Source: Dehalococcoidia bacterium
GTDB lineage: Bacteria; Chloroflexota; Dehalococcoidia; GIF9; AB-539-J10
NCBI GenBank assembly: GCA_016930935.1
Contig: JAFGFT010000041.1
Span: forward strand, 6,075-70,074
Direction of reading: 5' to 3'
Length of the DNA stretch: 64,000 nucleotides
Below, one piece after another: positions 9,793 to 18,275 of this stretch; the stretch's first letter is position 1; every line of letters begins with the position of its first letter. The notes under the pieces are model-generated. The model was given only the letters and a program-made list of their open reading frames with translations, was not told the DNA's origin and ran no database searches. Position numbers and translations under genes: made by a program.

Positions 9793-10190
9793 TAGGCTTT
9801 CCTCTGCTTCAGGTACAAGGTCAATACCACCATTCCAATCACCCCATCGACGGCGAAGTTGGCGAGATAGATGAGGTGGTGGGCCTGCAACAGAAAGAAG
9901 GCCAGCGACAGAATAGAAGAAGCCAGCTTTGCATGGACCAGGAGCAACGGGAAATGGCGATTCTCAGGGTGCCTGAACATCAAGAATGCCAGGATGGTGA
10001 CGAGGTACATATACCCCACGCCAAGGATGAGATAGAAACCCCCTCCGATTGCAGGGGATGGTGGCATGCCGGAAGCTAGTGAGAGGCCATTGAAGAATGC
10101 AATCGGTGTGTCCGGGGATATGAGGAAGAGCATTCCGGTAATCGCAAACACCAGCGCCAGGGCAAGGCTGATAGCTCTATACGTTCTCAT
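9792..10190 (-). CDS. hypothetical integral membrane protein (about 4 TM)
   Basis: 132 aa, strongly hydrophobic (LALALVFAITGMLFLI, FYLILGVGYMYLVTILAFLMF, SILSLAFFLL, VIGMVVLTLYL). It starts 10 nt after the radical SAM stop. Confidence 0.7.
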   Translation of the reverse strand: MRTYRAISLALALVFAITGMLFLISPDTPIAFFNGLSLASGMPPSPAIGGGFYLILGVGYMYLVTILAFLMFRHPENRHFPLLLVHAKLASSILSLAFFLLQAHHLIYLANFAVDGVIGMVVLTLYLKQRKA

Positions 10191-10200
10191 GTCTTTTCAA

Positions 10201-11451
10201 TCACTCTCCAGTTGACGTTGCACGAGCGGGGGCTACCTGTGGGGTCCTTGAGCCGTAGTGCAGCGCGTTGAATCTGGAAAGCCCACCGAACTGAACCTCA
10301 TCCAACATCATCAGCGTATCCGCCTTCCCGAGGGTCTTCTTGCCCGCCATATGCTTCTGCAGTAAGCGGTAGTTCTTGTTGATAAAGCATACATCCTCCG
10401 TGGGAAAGTGCTCCCTCATCTCTGCGAAGACTGCAGGGAGGGAATCCGTCTGCACGTTTCCAAGGTTCAGAGGTGTGAAGACACAGGGGCTCACATCTCC
10501 GAATGCGTCGATGTATACCATCTTGTTGCCAGCATTGCACCCAAAGCACTCTTTCCCCTCGAAATGCCCGAGGTAATTGACGGTCATCCCACTTCCGGCA
10601 TTGTGCCGGTTCTGCAACCTGACCAGCTTACGGCGCTGTTCCTCTGTGATGACCAGGTTTTCGCTCCAGAGGGCTTCGATGGAAGGCTTCACTTCACTCA
10701 GCCACGCCTCGTGGACACCGAGCCCTTCAATGAAGTCGAGATATTCCTCCACCTGGTCGTTCTCAATCATCTCGCGCGAAAGAACTGCCGAGACACTGAC
10801 CTGGATTCCACCTGCAGTCCGAAACATGTCGATGGCCTTCAACGCCTCTCGAAAGGCACCGTCGTATCTTCGACCCCGGTCATGCACCTCTTCCCGCCAA
10901 TGATCCAGGCTGACCGAGACGGAGAAAAGGCCTGCCTTCTGTAGCTGTGATGCTTTCTCGAGGGTCAGAGTGCACCCTGTAGTGAAGAGTTTCACGGCGC
11001 AATCACCGCTTGCGCTTTCGACAATCTCGACGATGTCCTTGTTCAACAGCGGTTCGCCTCCCGTGAGGCCAAGCCAGACCATGCCCATGTCCTTCAACTG
11101 CCGGATGGTCTTCAGGATAGTCTCAGTATCCATGGCATGGCCCTGGCGGTTGCGGTTATAGCAGTATTCGCAGCGTTGTGGACAGGCATTGGTGATGCCC
11201 ACCTGGGCATGAGACGGCCCTGTGGTTCTGTCCAGCAGGTGTTCATTGACGAAGCGGGAATAGGCCGCGCTGTTCAGCGGAGGTAGATGAGAGTGAAGAA
11301 TGACGCTGTTACCTATTCGACGGATATGGAACTTGCTCATGTAGCCATTCAGGAACCATAGAATGGAAGGACTGACGTGGAGCATACGGGGATTTGAGCC
11401 CACGATTTCCACCAGGGGCAGGCTATTATGGAGTACGTTCTTTACACTCAT
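10201..11451 (-). CDS. radical SAM enzyme with a C-terminal auxiliary-cluster (twitch / partial SPASM-like) region
   Basis: GITNACPQRCEYCYN is the CxxxCxxC motif and GLTGGEPLL is the SAM-binding GGE motif. C-terminal CFGCNAGNKMVYIDAFGDVSPC. About 115 aa of N-terminal extension precede the cluster motif. Start taken at ATG 11451 (MSVKNVL) with GAAGG upstream; the track start 11544 is a TTG. Confidence 0.8.
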   Translation of the reverse strand: MSVKNVLHNSLPLVEIVGSNPRMLHVSPSILWFLNGYMSKFHIRRIGNSVILHSHLPPLNSAAYSRFVNEHLLDRTTGPSHAQVGITNACPQRCEYCYNRNRQGHAMDTETILKTIRQLKDMGMVWLGLTGGEPLLNKDIVEIVESASGDCAVKLFTTGCTLTLEKASQLQKAGLFSVSVSLDHWREEVHDRGRRYDGAFREALKAIDMFRTAGGIQVSVSAVLSREMIENDQVEEYLDFIEGLGVHEAWLSEVKPSIEALWSENLVITEEQRRKLVRLQNRHNAGSGMTVNYLGHFEGKECFGCNAGNKMVYIDAFGDVSPCVFTPLNLGNVQTDSLPAVFAEMREHFPTEDVCFINKNYRLLQKHMAGKKTLGKADTLMMLDEVQFGGLSRFNALHYGSRTPQVAPARATSTGE

Positions 11452-11540
11452 CCCAGGCACCTTCTTCTGAGAATCACATCGTGATACGCAAATTGTACAG
11501 AATAGAGAACCTCTTGCATCTGTGACAAGGAACACCCTTC

Positions 11541-11840
11541 TCAAGCGCTTATCTGCGCGCTTGTCCTCGCCCGGTGGGCGGCGCGCCGCATTTCACCCTC
11601 AACAAGAGGGCCTTCCTTGTCTGCCACATAGAATGCTTCAGCCGATGCGACCAGAGCATAGCTCCTCTTATGCAGGTTCTAAGCAATCCTGTTCGCCGCG
11701 TGGCCGAAGATTCTGGCCCACTCCACTGTCATTCGCGTGTCAGAGGCAGCTGCGCTGATGGTGTCGTTCCTCGCTCTCGCGAGTTGCTCGGTGTTGCCGT
11801 GCGTGGTGGCATAGACTGTGAGAGCTTTCAGCCCCCCCCT
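11541..11840 (-). pseudogene. flavodoxin gene relic (no start codon, in-frame stop, internal deletion)
   Basis: The minus-strand frame reads LKALTVYATTHGNTEQLARARNDTISAA...RIA*NLHKRSYALVASAEAFYVADKEGPLVEGEMRRAAHRA. The N-terminus resembles MKxLIVYxSxxGNTExxA and the C-terminus resembles flavodoxin. It is only about 95 codons long. The first codon is CTG, directly after a G8 run (C8 at 11832-11839 on the plus strand). Confidence 0.3.
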
Positions 11841-12625
11841 CTACTGTCTGGTTGCCTGGCCTGCCGCAACCTGACCATCAACTGCGCCATGAGGTCGAAT
11901 AGACCTCCCGCCATCTTCTTGACGGGGCCAAGCCTGGTGTCGTGATAGTAGTCAGATTCGAACCAGCCCTTGTCCCTGAAGTGCTGATAGTCACGAAAGT
12001 CATGGTCGATATTCTTAATGCTCGTTCGGCTTAATCGGAACATCATGAGGCTGCCGAAGGAGGGTGGTGGCGTGGCGCGATTCAGTTCCTTGTAGAAGGT
12101 ATCAGCCGCCTTCCGGGTCTTTCGGACAAGTGACTTCTCTTGCTGTTCCGTCATGGGTTCCAGGGTGTTCACGCAACATCCACTGGCTGTACGAAAGCCC
12201 ATGTACCTGGCCGCACTGCACAGGTACTTGACGATGGCGCCACCGCCGAATATGCCCTGGGTGACGATTGCAGTGCACGGCTTCCCAAAGAAGCGGGGGC
12301 GGTGATTGATGAATGCAATGCGGTCCAGCAGGTTCTTCATGCGCGCGGAGACGTGGAATGCGTAGTTCGGTGTGGCAAGGACAACGCCGTCAGAGAGTTC
12401 CATCTTCTGAAGGAGTACGTCCCTGTCGTCTTTCAACGGACAGTACTGTTCCCCTTTGTCGAAACACATCTTGCAGCCCCGGCAGAACTCGAGGTGATAA
12501 TCACTCAGGAATACGTACTCAAAGTCGACCTCACCATGTTGCAGGAGGCCCTTCTCGAATTCCTGTACGGCTCGATACGTACCCCTTCTGGTCTCCGTGC
12601 CGATGAAAGCAGTGACCTTCTTCAA
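11828..12625 (-). CDS. NADPH-dependent FMN reductase / iron-sulfur flavoprotein-like protein
   Basis: KKVTAFIGTETRRGTYRAV...EFCRGCKMCFDKGEQYCPLKDD...SDGVVLATPNYAFHVSARMKNLLDRIAF is typical of the flavodoxin-like FMN reductase family. Start ambiguous: TTG 12625 gives MKKVTAF, and the track start is TTG 12691. Confidence 0.75.
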   Translation of the reverse strand: MKKVTAFIGTETRRGTYRAVQEFEKGLLQHGEVDFEYVFLSDYHLEFCRGCKMCFDKGEQYCPLKDDRDVLLQKMELSDGVVLATPNYAFHVSARMKNLLDRIAFINHRPRFFGKPCTAIVTQGIFGGGAIVKYLCSAARYMGFRTASGCCVNTLEPMTEQQEKSLVRKTRKAADTFYKELNRATPPPSFGSLMMFRLSRTSIKNIDHDFRDYQHFRDKGWFESDYYHDTRLGPVKKMAGGLFDLMAQLMVRLRQARQPDSRGGG

Positions 12626-13052
12626 AGGCGAATCAGTTCCTGTTGATCTCTGTCCTACCAACCCGCGGTGGAGATGGCACGACGTAGGCAACTCCGGTCT
12701 TGCCTGAGTTCAAGGACTTGCCGAACCTGTGCGGTGGCGAGCGCTCTACAATGACACACGATCGGCGTATGCTCCCCTGGTTGTTCCTGCCAAGAGTATT
12801 ACGTCTTCAATTATCGATGTCAACGGGTTTTGAGGAATGCACCTGCCGTGCCTTTGTGCATTACCCTGAGCCTGTGTTCAGTACGGGCTATATTGGAATA
12901 GGGCGTCTCGGTTGCGCCATTGTGAACCACGTGGCCATCGACCTCTGCGTCGACCTGAAGTCGGTGAAGCCCTGAGGTCGGCAGGCGGGGAAAGTGGTAA
13001 TGTGCCCCGGATTGCGGGCGGACCCAGACCGCACAGATCGAACGGCACCGCT

Positions 13053-13079
13053 TTGCAGCGAACCGCCGGACTGTATAAT
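13053..13079 (+). promoter_or_regulatory. candidate promoter for the DUF3795 gene
   Basis: Perfect TATAAT at 13074-13079, about 40 nt upstream of ATG 13119. The -35 is weak (TTGCAG at 13053-13058) and the spacer is only 15 nt. Confidence 0.3.
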
Positions 13080-13118
13080 CCGGTTGAGTCACTATTCGTA
13101 CCGACAGGAGCAGGAAAC

Positions 13119-13526
13119 ATGGCAGTGGGCGTTGAACTCATAGCCCCGTGTGGCATGAATTGCGGCGTGTGTCTGGGATACCTCAGGGACCGCAGAAAGT
13201 GTGCCGGCTGTCACGGACGCGATGCCAACAGTACGGCCTCCCGCGCCAGATGCACTATCGTGAACTGTGCGTTGAGACAGTCAACAGAGTCGGGGTTCTG
13301 CTACGAATGTCCGAAGTACCCGTGCAGACGGCTGAGGGAACTGGACAAGCGCTACAGAACCAAGTACTCAATGAGCATGATTGAGAATCTTGAGTTCATA
13401 CGAGACCACGGTCTTGCGGCCTTTGTGGAGAAGGAGAACGAGCGATGGCGCTGCAGAAAATGTGGCGGCGTCATCTGCGTTCATAGGGGTGGCTGTTTCA
13501 ACTGTGGGGAGAGTCGGACCGACTAG
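13119..13526 (+). CDS. DUF3795 domain protein (Cys-rich)
   Basis: MAVGVELIAPCGMNCGVCLGYLRDRRKCAGCHG...CYECPKYPCRRL...CRKCGG is the characteristic Cys pattern. AGGAGCAGGAAAC precedes the ATG. The track ORF 12912..13526 is over-extended. Confidence 0.8.
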   Translation: MAVGVELIAPCGMNCGVCLGYLRDRRKCAGCHGRDANSTASRARCTIVNCALRQSTESGFCYECPKYPCRRLRELDKRYRTKYSMSMIENLEFIRDHGLAAFVEKENERWRCRKCGGVICVHRGGCFNCGESRTD

Positions 13527-13779
13527 CCGTTATTGTCAGGACGGTGGCCATGTCTTCGACCTTCCGTCGCACATTCCGTTGACGCTCAGACAACGCTTCT
13601 GCACGCAACCAAAGGCAGAAACGCATGCACTTCAGTTGACGTTACGGAGAGATGTCTCCGGTCCATGGACTTCGCTTGCACTGTATCAGAATACACGTGT
13701 GCAGGCCGTCACGATTAGCCGGAAAGCGCACGGTCTTGAAGTGTGAAAGATCATCGGATCGGGCCTCACGTCTCACCCG

Positions 13780-15057
13780 TCAGGTGTTGATCACATCAGC
13801 CCTGTACCGCCTGCTTGCAAGCACGAGAAAGGCGCACACGACTGAAAGTGCCGCAAGCGCCACCCAGACCATGCGATAGTCGAAATGAGTGTCATAGAAC
13901 CAGCCTGCCACCGGCGGTCCAACTATCGCGCCAGCCGCGTTGATGCCCATCATGAGGCCGAAGATGCTGCCGAAATGTCCCCTTCCAAAGTATTCGCTTG
14001 TCAGTGCTGGCCGGAGAGAAGTGGCTCCACCGTAGCCGGCACCAAAGAGGAGAAGGAAGACGTACAGTACCCAGGTGCCGACCATCGGTACCGCCGCGAA
14101 GCAAAGCAGGCCTAGACACATCATGCCGTAGCACAAGACTGCTATTGCTGTTCGACTGGTTCTGTCACCAAGTATTCCAAAACCCAGTCGACCGAGGATG
14201 CTCATGACAGGAATGGCCGTACCGATGGCGCCGGCGTTCACCCGTGCGAATCCGATGCTGTCGAGGTAGGGCATAACGTGAGTGACCACAGTTATGATGG
14301 CTGCAGTGTGGAAAGTGAAAGCGAATGTCAGAAGCCAGAAAGGCCTCGTTCTGATTGCGCGGTGCACATCCATTGGAACTTCGTCCGCAGCCTCGTGTGA
14401 AGGCTGCAAAGCTCCGGGTGTATCTGTCTGGCTCTCAGGTGTGTGGCCGTCCAGCACGTAGCCGTAGTCCTCCGGTTTGTGCCGGAACACCAGCGAGATT
14501 GGCAAAACTACCACGATCGCACCTATAGCCAGGATGTCAAAAGTGGCACGCCAACCGTACTGTGCAATCAGCGCGACCATCATTGGCAACATGAGGCCAC
14601 CGAGTCCGAATCCGGACAGCGCGATGCCTGTTGCCAGACCCAGCCTCGCACGAAACCAGTTGGCAACTCCTGTCACAAGGACGGTGGTCCCGCAGGAACT
14701 CATGCCCACTGCAAGAAGTACAAATGAGCCGTAGAACATGACGAGAGACATGGTGTGTGAGAGCAGGAAGAGTCCACCTGAGATGAAGAGTCCGCCGACG
14801 AATACCACTCGTCGTGGACCCCATCGGTCGACCAGTCTGCCTACTACAGGTTCGAGCAGCCCGGACTCGGCTCCTCTCAGCGATGCCGCGAAGGACACGG
14901 CTGCATAGCTCCAACCGAACTCCAGCACGATTGGTTCGAAGATGGCGGTGAATCCATAGACGACGATGCCGGCAGAATACAATCCAACGAGTACTGATGC
15001 GCCGACTATCCACCAGCCGTAGAAAAGTCGATTACGTATGGCTTTCACAGATGGCAT
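13780..15057 (-). CDS. MFS transporter
   Basis: 425 aa with about 12 TM. N-terminus RLFYGWWIVGASVLVGLYSAGIVVYGF and the loop motif GRLVDRWGPRRVVF (MFS D-R-x-G-R-R type). Confidence 0.85.
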   Translation of the reverse strand: MPSVKAIRNRLFYGWWIVGASVLVGLYSAGIVVYGFTAIFEPIVLEFGWSYAAVSFAASLRGAESGLLEPVVGRLVDRWGPRRVVFVGGLFISGGLFLLSHTMSLVMFYGSFVLLAVGMSSCGTTVLVTGVANWFRARLGLATGIALSGFGLGGLMLPMMVALIAQYGWRATFDILAIGAIVVVLPISLVFRHKPEDYGYVLDGHTPESQTDTPGALQPSHEAADEVPMDVHRAIRTRPFWLLTFAFTFHTAAIITVVTHVMPYLDSIGFARVNAGAIGTAIPVMSILGRLGFGILGDRTSRTAIAVLCYGMMCLGLLCFAAVPMVGTWVLYVFLLLFGAGYGGATSLRPALTSEYFGRGHFGSIFGLMMGINAAGAIVGPPVAGWFYDTHFDYRMVWVALAALSVVCAFLVLASRRYRADVINT

Positions 15058-15495
15058 AAGGGTCTCATCTATCGCATTCGGAGTGTCTCGGTGGAGGTGA
15101 CAACTCGTCGACAGTCATCTGTTCCTCGTGGAATCGGCGCATTCGCACCTTCAGAGCACATGTTTGCAGCAGCATGCACTAGATGAATATTGCACCGGCA
15201 AACAGCTGGGGCAATCCGGATAGCTAGACAGAATCGTACACCATTTGTGCGCAGCGCATGTCAGGCATTCCAAAGTTATCGGCTGTGCCCCGTGCCTACG
15301 GGTTTCAGCCTCACACCACCCTGGGCTGGTGCGGGAACCTATTCACGCAAGATGACCAACGTCCCTGGTGGCGTCCACGGAGGGTGCGCACACAAAAGCA
15401 CGAATGAGTCTGAAGGCCAGACGCGACCGCACACCACAGGTTGTCCCGCAGTGAGTGAAGTACGGCACACCCCCGAATGGAATAAGCCTGGTGCT

Positions 15496-15813
15496 TCAGA
15501 CGTTTGGCTTCGGATCTTCGGTATTCGTTCCACCTTCCTGGATGATGACCCTTCCTTTCGAGGCCGCGTAGCGGAACTGCGCCAGCGCCACATACTCGGG
15601 GTCCTTCATCCACGCCTCGATGTGCGCACGGGAAGGGAACTCCATTATGACCATGCGCTCTTTGAAGGGTTCGCCTTCCAGCGTGACGACCTCTTCTCCC
15701 CTGGTCAGGAAGCGACCACCGTGCCGTTTGACCGTAGGGGGAGTGCCGGCAGTGTACTTGCGATAGGTTTCCGGGTCGTGGATAGTCATGGTCGAAATCA
15801 GATACGTGCTCAT
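15496..15813 (-). CDS. DUF1330 domain protein
   Basis: MSTYLISTMTIHDPETYRKYTAGTPPTVKRHGGRFLTRGEEVVTLEGEPFKERMVIMEFPSRAHIEAWMKDPEYVALAQFR. AGGAGGAG lies upstream of ATG 15813. The track ORF is over-extended. Confidence 0.8.
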   Translation of the reverse strand: MSTYLISTMTIHDPETYRKYTAGTPPTVKRHGGRFLTRGEEVVTLEGEPFKERMVIMEFPSRAHIEAWMKDPEYVALAQFRYAASKGRVIIQEGGTNTEDPKPNV

Positions 15814-16034
15814 CCCTGTCTTCTCCTCCTGTAACAAGATATCGCGAGTCTTCCGAGAAGCTGCGTGTTTCGCGATGCGCACCAGTGTAAGTCGCGGCGA
15901 TGCGTGTGTGCGCCCGCGACTCATTAGCGGCTAGACTAACACACTCATTTGCAGTCACACCTCATGGTTGCGTCCGTCGCAGACAATGCTCACTGCGGAA
16001 ATGAGGACGCCTGCTCATGTTGAAGGATTTGCGA

Positions 16035-16078
16035 AGAACAAAAAGAGAGGCCCCCCACGCTTCGGTGAGAGACCTCTC
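16035..16078 (-). terminator. rho-independent terminator after serC
   Basis: The minus-strand RNA is GAGAGGUC-(18 nt)-GGCCUCUC followed by UUUUUGUUCUU. It begins about 15 nt after the serC stop. Confidence 0.6.
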
Positions 16079-16093
16079 GATACCAGTCCAATA

Positions 16094-17179
16094 TCAGGCG
16101 GACTTCCGGAATCTCTCCATGAAGTCGACTGTCTTCTGTATGTCCTCAAGAGACACTGCGTTGTAGATAGACATACGGATACCACCGACCGACCGGTGGC
16201 CTTTCATTCCGACGAAGCCTTCCTTCTTGCCATCCGCAATGAACTTCGCCTCAAGGTCCTCGTTGGGCAAGCGCATGGTTACGTTCATCCAGCTCCTGCT
16301 GTCCTTCTCCGCAGCGCCTTGATAGAAATCGGAAGCTGCGTCGATTGCACCATACAACAGGTTCTTCTTGGCCTCGTTGAGCTTCTCAACACCCGCCAGA
16401 CCATCCTTGCTCTTGATCCACTCGAGTACCAGTTTCATCATATAGACGGCGAAAACAGGAGGAGTGTTGTAGAGCGACTTGTTGTCCGAGTGGATTTTGT
16501 AGGTGAGCATCCCGGGAAGGTCTTTCCGTGCAGTGGACAGAAAATCATCTCGAATGACCACGAGCGTCACGCCGGCGGGGCCAAGGTTCTTCTGCGCACC
16601 GGCATAGAATAAGGAGAACTTCTTGTAGTCCAGCTGCCGGGAGGCGATATCCGAAGACATGTCGGCCACCAGTGGCACGGTGCCGGTATCGGGGAACTGC
16701 CAGAACTGGGTTCCTTCGATGGTGTTGTTCGTGCAGATATGGAGGTAGGCCGCATCCTGCGGGTACTTGATGTCGCTCATGCTGGGCATACGGCGGTATT
16801 TCTCTTCTTTCGAAGAAAACGCTACGTGTACTTTCGATACAGCCTGACATTCCTTCATGGCCTTGTTGGCGAATGAGCCCGTATCAACGTAGGCGGCCGT
16901 CTGGCCCTCGCCAACGAAGTTCATTGGGATGAGGGCGAATTGGGTGGACGCACCGGCACCAAGGAAAAGCACGTGGTAGTCGTCACTGAGGCCGAATAGT
17001 TCACGCACCAAAGCGATTGTCGCGTCGTTGATGGCCTCAAATTCCTTCGAACGGTGGGAGCTCTCCAGGACGGACAAACCTGTGCCGTGGTAGTCCAGCA
17101 GTTCTGATTGTACGGTCTTCAGAACCTCGAGTGGCAAGGCTGCGGGTCCCGGGTTGAAATTGACGTTTCTTGCTGACAT
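16094..17179 (-). CDS. serC: phosphoserine aminotransferase
   Basis: MSARNVNFNPGPAALPLEVLKTVQSELLDYHGTGLSVLESSHRSKEF is the canonical SerC N-terminus. GAGGAG lies upstream of ATG 17179. The track start 17260 is an in-frame extension. Confidence 0.9.
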   Translation of the reverse strand: MSARNVNFNPGPAALPLEVLKTVQSELLDYHGTGLSVLESSHRSKEFEAINDATIALVRELFGLSDDYHVLFLGAGASTQFALIPMNFVGEGQTAAYVDTGSFANKAMKECQAVSKVHVAFSSKEEKYRRMPSMSDIKYPQDAAYLHICTNNTIEGTQFWQFPDTGTVPLVADMSSDIASRQLDYKKFSLFYAGAQKNLGPAGVTLVVIRDDFLSTARKDLPGMLTYKIHSDNKSLYNTPPVFAVYMMKLVLEWIKSKDGLAGVEKLNEAKKNLLYGAIDAASDFYQGAAEKDSRSWMNVTMRLPNEDLEAKFIADGKKEGFVGMKGHRSVGGIRMSIYNAVSLEDIQKTVDFMERFRKSA

Positions 17180-17630
17180 TTGTGTCTCCTCACACCTATA
17201 TGAATTAGCCCTCGATTCGTTGGATACCATCTGGAGTCGGAATCCTGTCGTCGCAACCATCTTCGGCTTCTGCTTGCCGAGAAGTGCGAGACAAACGATA
17301 GCACATTCCCTGCGTGGTGACTAAGGGAGTTGACCGTTACGACTGTCAAGGTTGTGGACAATCCTCACTGAGACTATTGCCACGCGGTTGCGGAGTACCT
17401 GCGGTACCATTTCCATTGATGGCGGATGAAGCGCTGGTTGTGAGCGACCTTGAAGGTCAGAATAGCACTGGCACTCACACATCACACGTAACGTTGAAAT
17501 GCTCGAGCAGGGAAATCCGCCCGGGGAAACATCACGGGAGAGACAGAGGTTGGCGTACCAGTAGAGTCTCGACAGGTGCTTCCTGACTGAAGATGGGAAG
17601 TACGGACAGTTGCTTTGTTTGGGGGAGACG

Positions 17631-17858
17631 TCAGCGGTCCACCGAAAACGCCCAGACCAGGGCGGCAACCCACCCAATCGCAGTCCAACCGGCCAGTAGG
17701 TTGAGTATGCATATCGACACTCTGTTCTGCTTGTGTCGCATGATGGCGACGATGCCGGGGAGAAAATAGATGAGAACGAGGCACACGACCACCAACCAGA
17801 TGATTCCGATTCCCAGGAGACCCAGGGATTCAAGCATTGATTCCAAGACTGATGCCAC
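17631..17858 (-). CDS. superinfection-immunity (Imm) family small membrane protein
   Basis: YFLPGIVAIMRHKQNRVSICILNLLAGWTAIGWVAALVWAF matches the YFLPxxxAxxRxHxNxxxIxxxNLLLGWTxxGWxxALxWA family signature. Confidence 0.7.
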   Translation of the reverse strand: MASVLESMLESLGLLGIGIIWLVVVCLVLIYFLPGIVAIMRHKQNRVSICILNLLAGWTAIGWVAALVWAFSVDR

Positions 17859-18275
17859 TCTACCCTCCTGTTCCGGGTCGAGAGAAGTCTCAACTATGCG
17901 TCGCGACTCAACGTTTCCTGAAGCACCCCACCTCGTGCTCTGATGCAGTACCGGTGGTGATGCTCTACTGACCTGAAGAACGTGTAACGGTACAATGCCT
18001 CCTCCATGAGTTCAATACCCGGAAGCACGTGTCCCACGATTATTGAAGTTCGGAATTCCATGAGCATCCGTTGATACCGTGATTGACGTCCTCGCGCCAC
18101 TAGCCTTGTTGAAGAGATTTCCTGTAGCATGCGTCAACTTCGTCGGATTGTCGGTTCCGCTTTGCGCAAATGCCCGGGAGTAGATGAATGGGCGATTGAA
18201 CGTGTACTCTGGTACGAAATCTGAGGCTCATGCTTGCTGCATTGAAATCTTCTGCGGATAGAAGGGGGAAAACGG

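Noticed and set aside
11954-11964. AGATTCGAACC resembles the reverse complement of a tRNA T-arm.
   Set aside because: It lies inside the well-supported flavoprotein CDS (it encodes ...GWFESDYY...). No acceptor or anticodon stems can be drawn around it.
17398-17414. A T-box-like core (minus strand AAAUGGUACCGCAGG, containing UGGUACCGC) lies in the long region upstream of serC.
   Set aside because: Only the 9-mer matches. The preceding GGGUGG part of the T-box is absent. No terminator or Shine-Dalgarno-sequestering helix follows. I could not find a specifier stem, and the element lies about 220 nt from the start codon. A 9-mer match is expected by chance in 64 kb on two strands. An Infernal scan with the T-box model would settle it.
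17894-18130. A 78 aa minus-strand ORF between the Imm-family gene and tkt.
   Set aside because: No Shine-Dalgarno, no recognisable motif, and a Arg/His-rich composition. Not supported as a gene.
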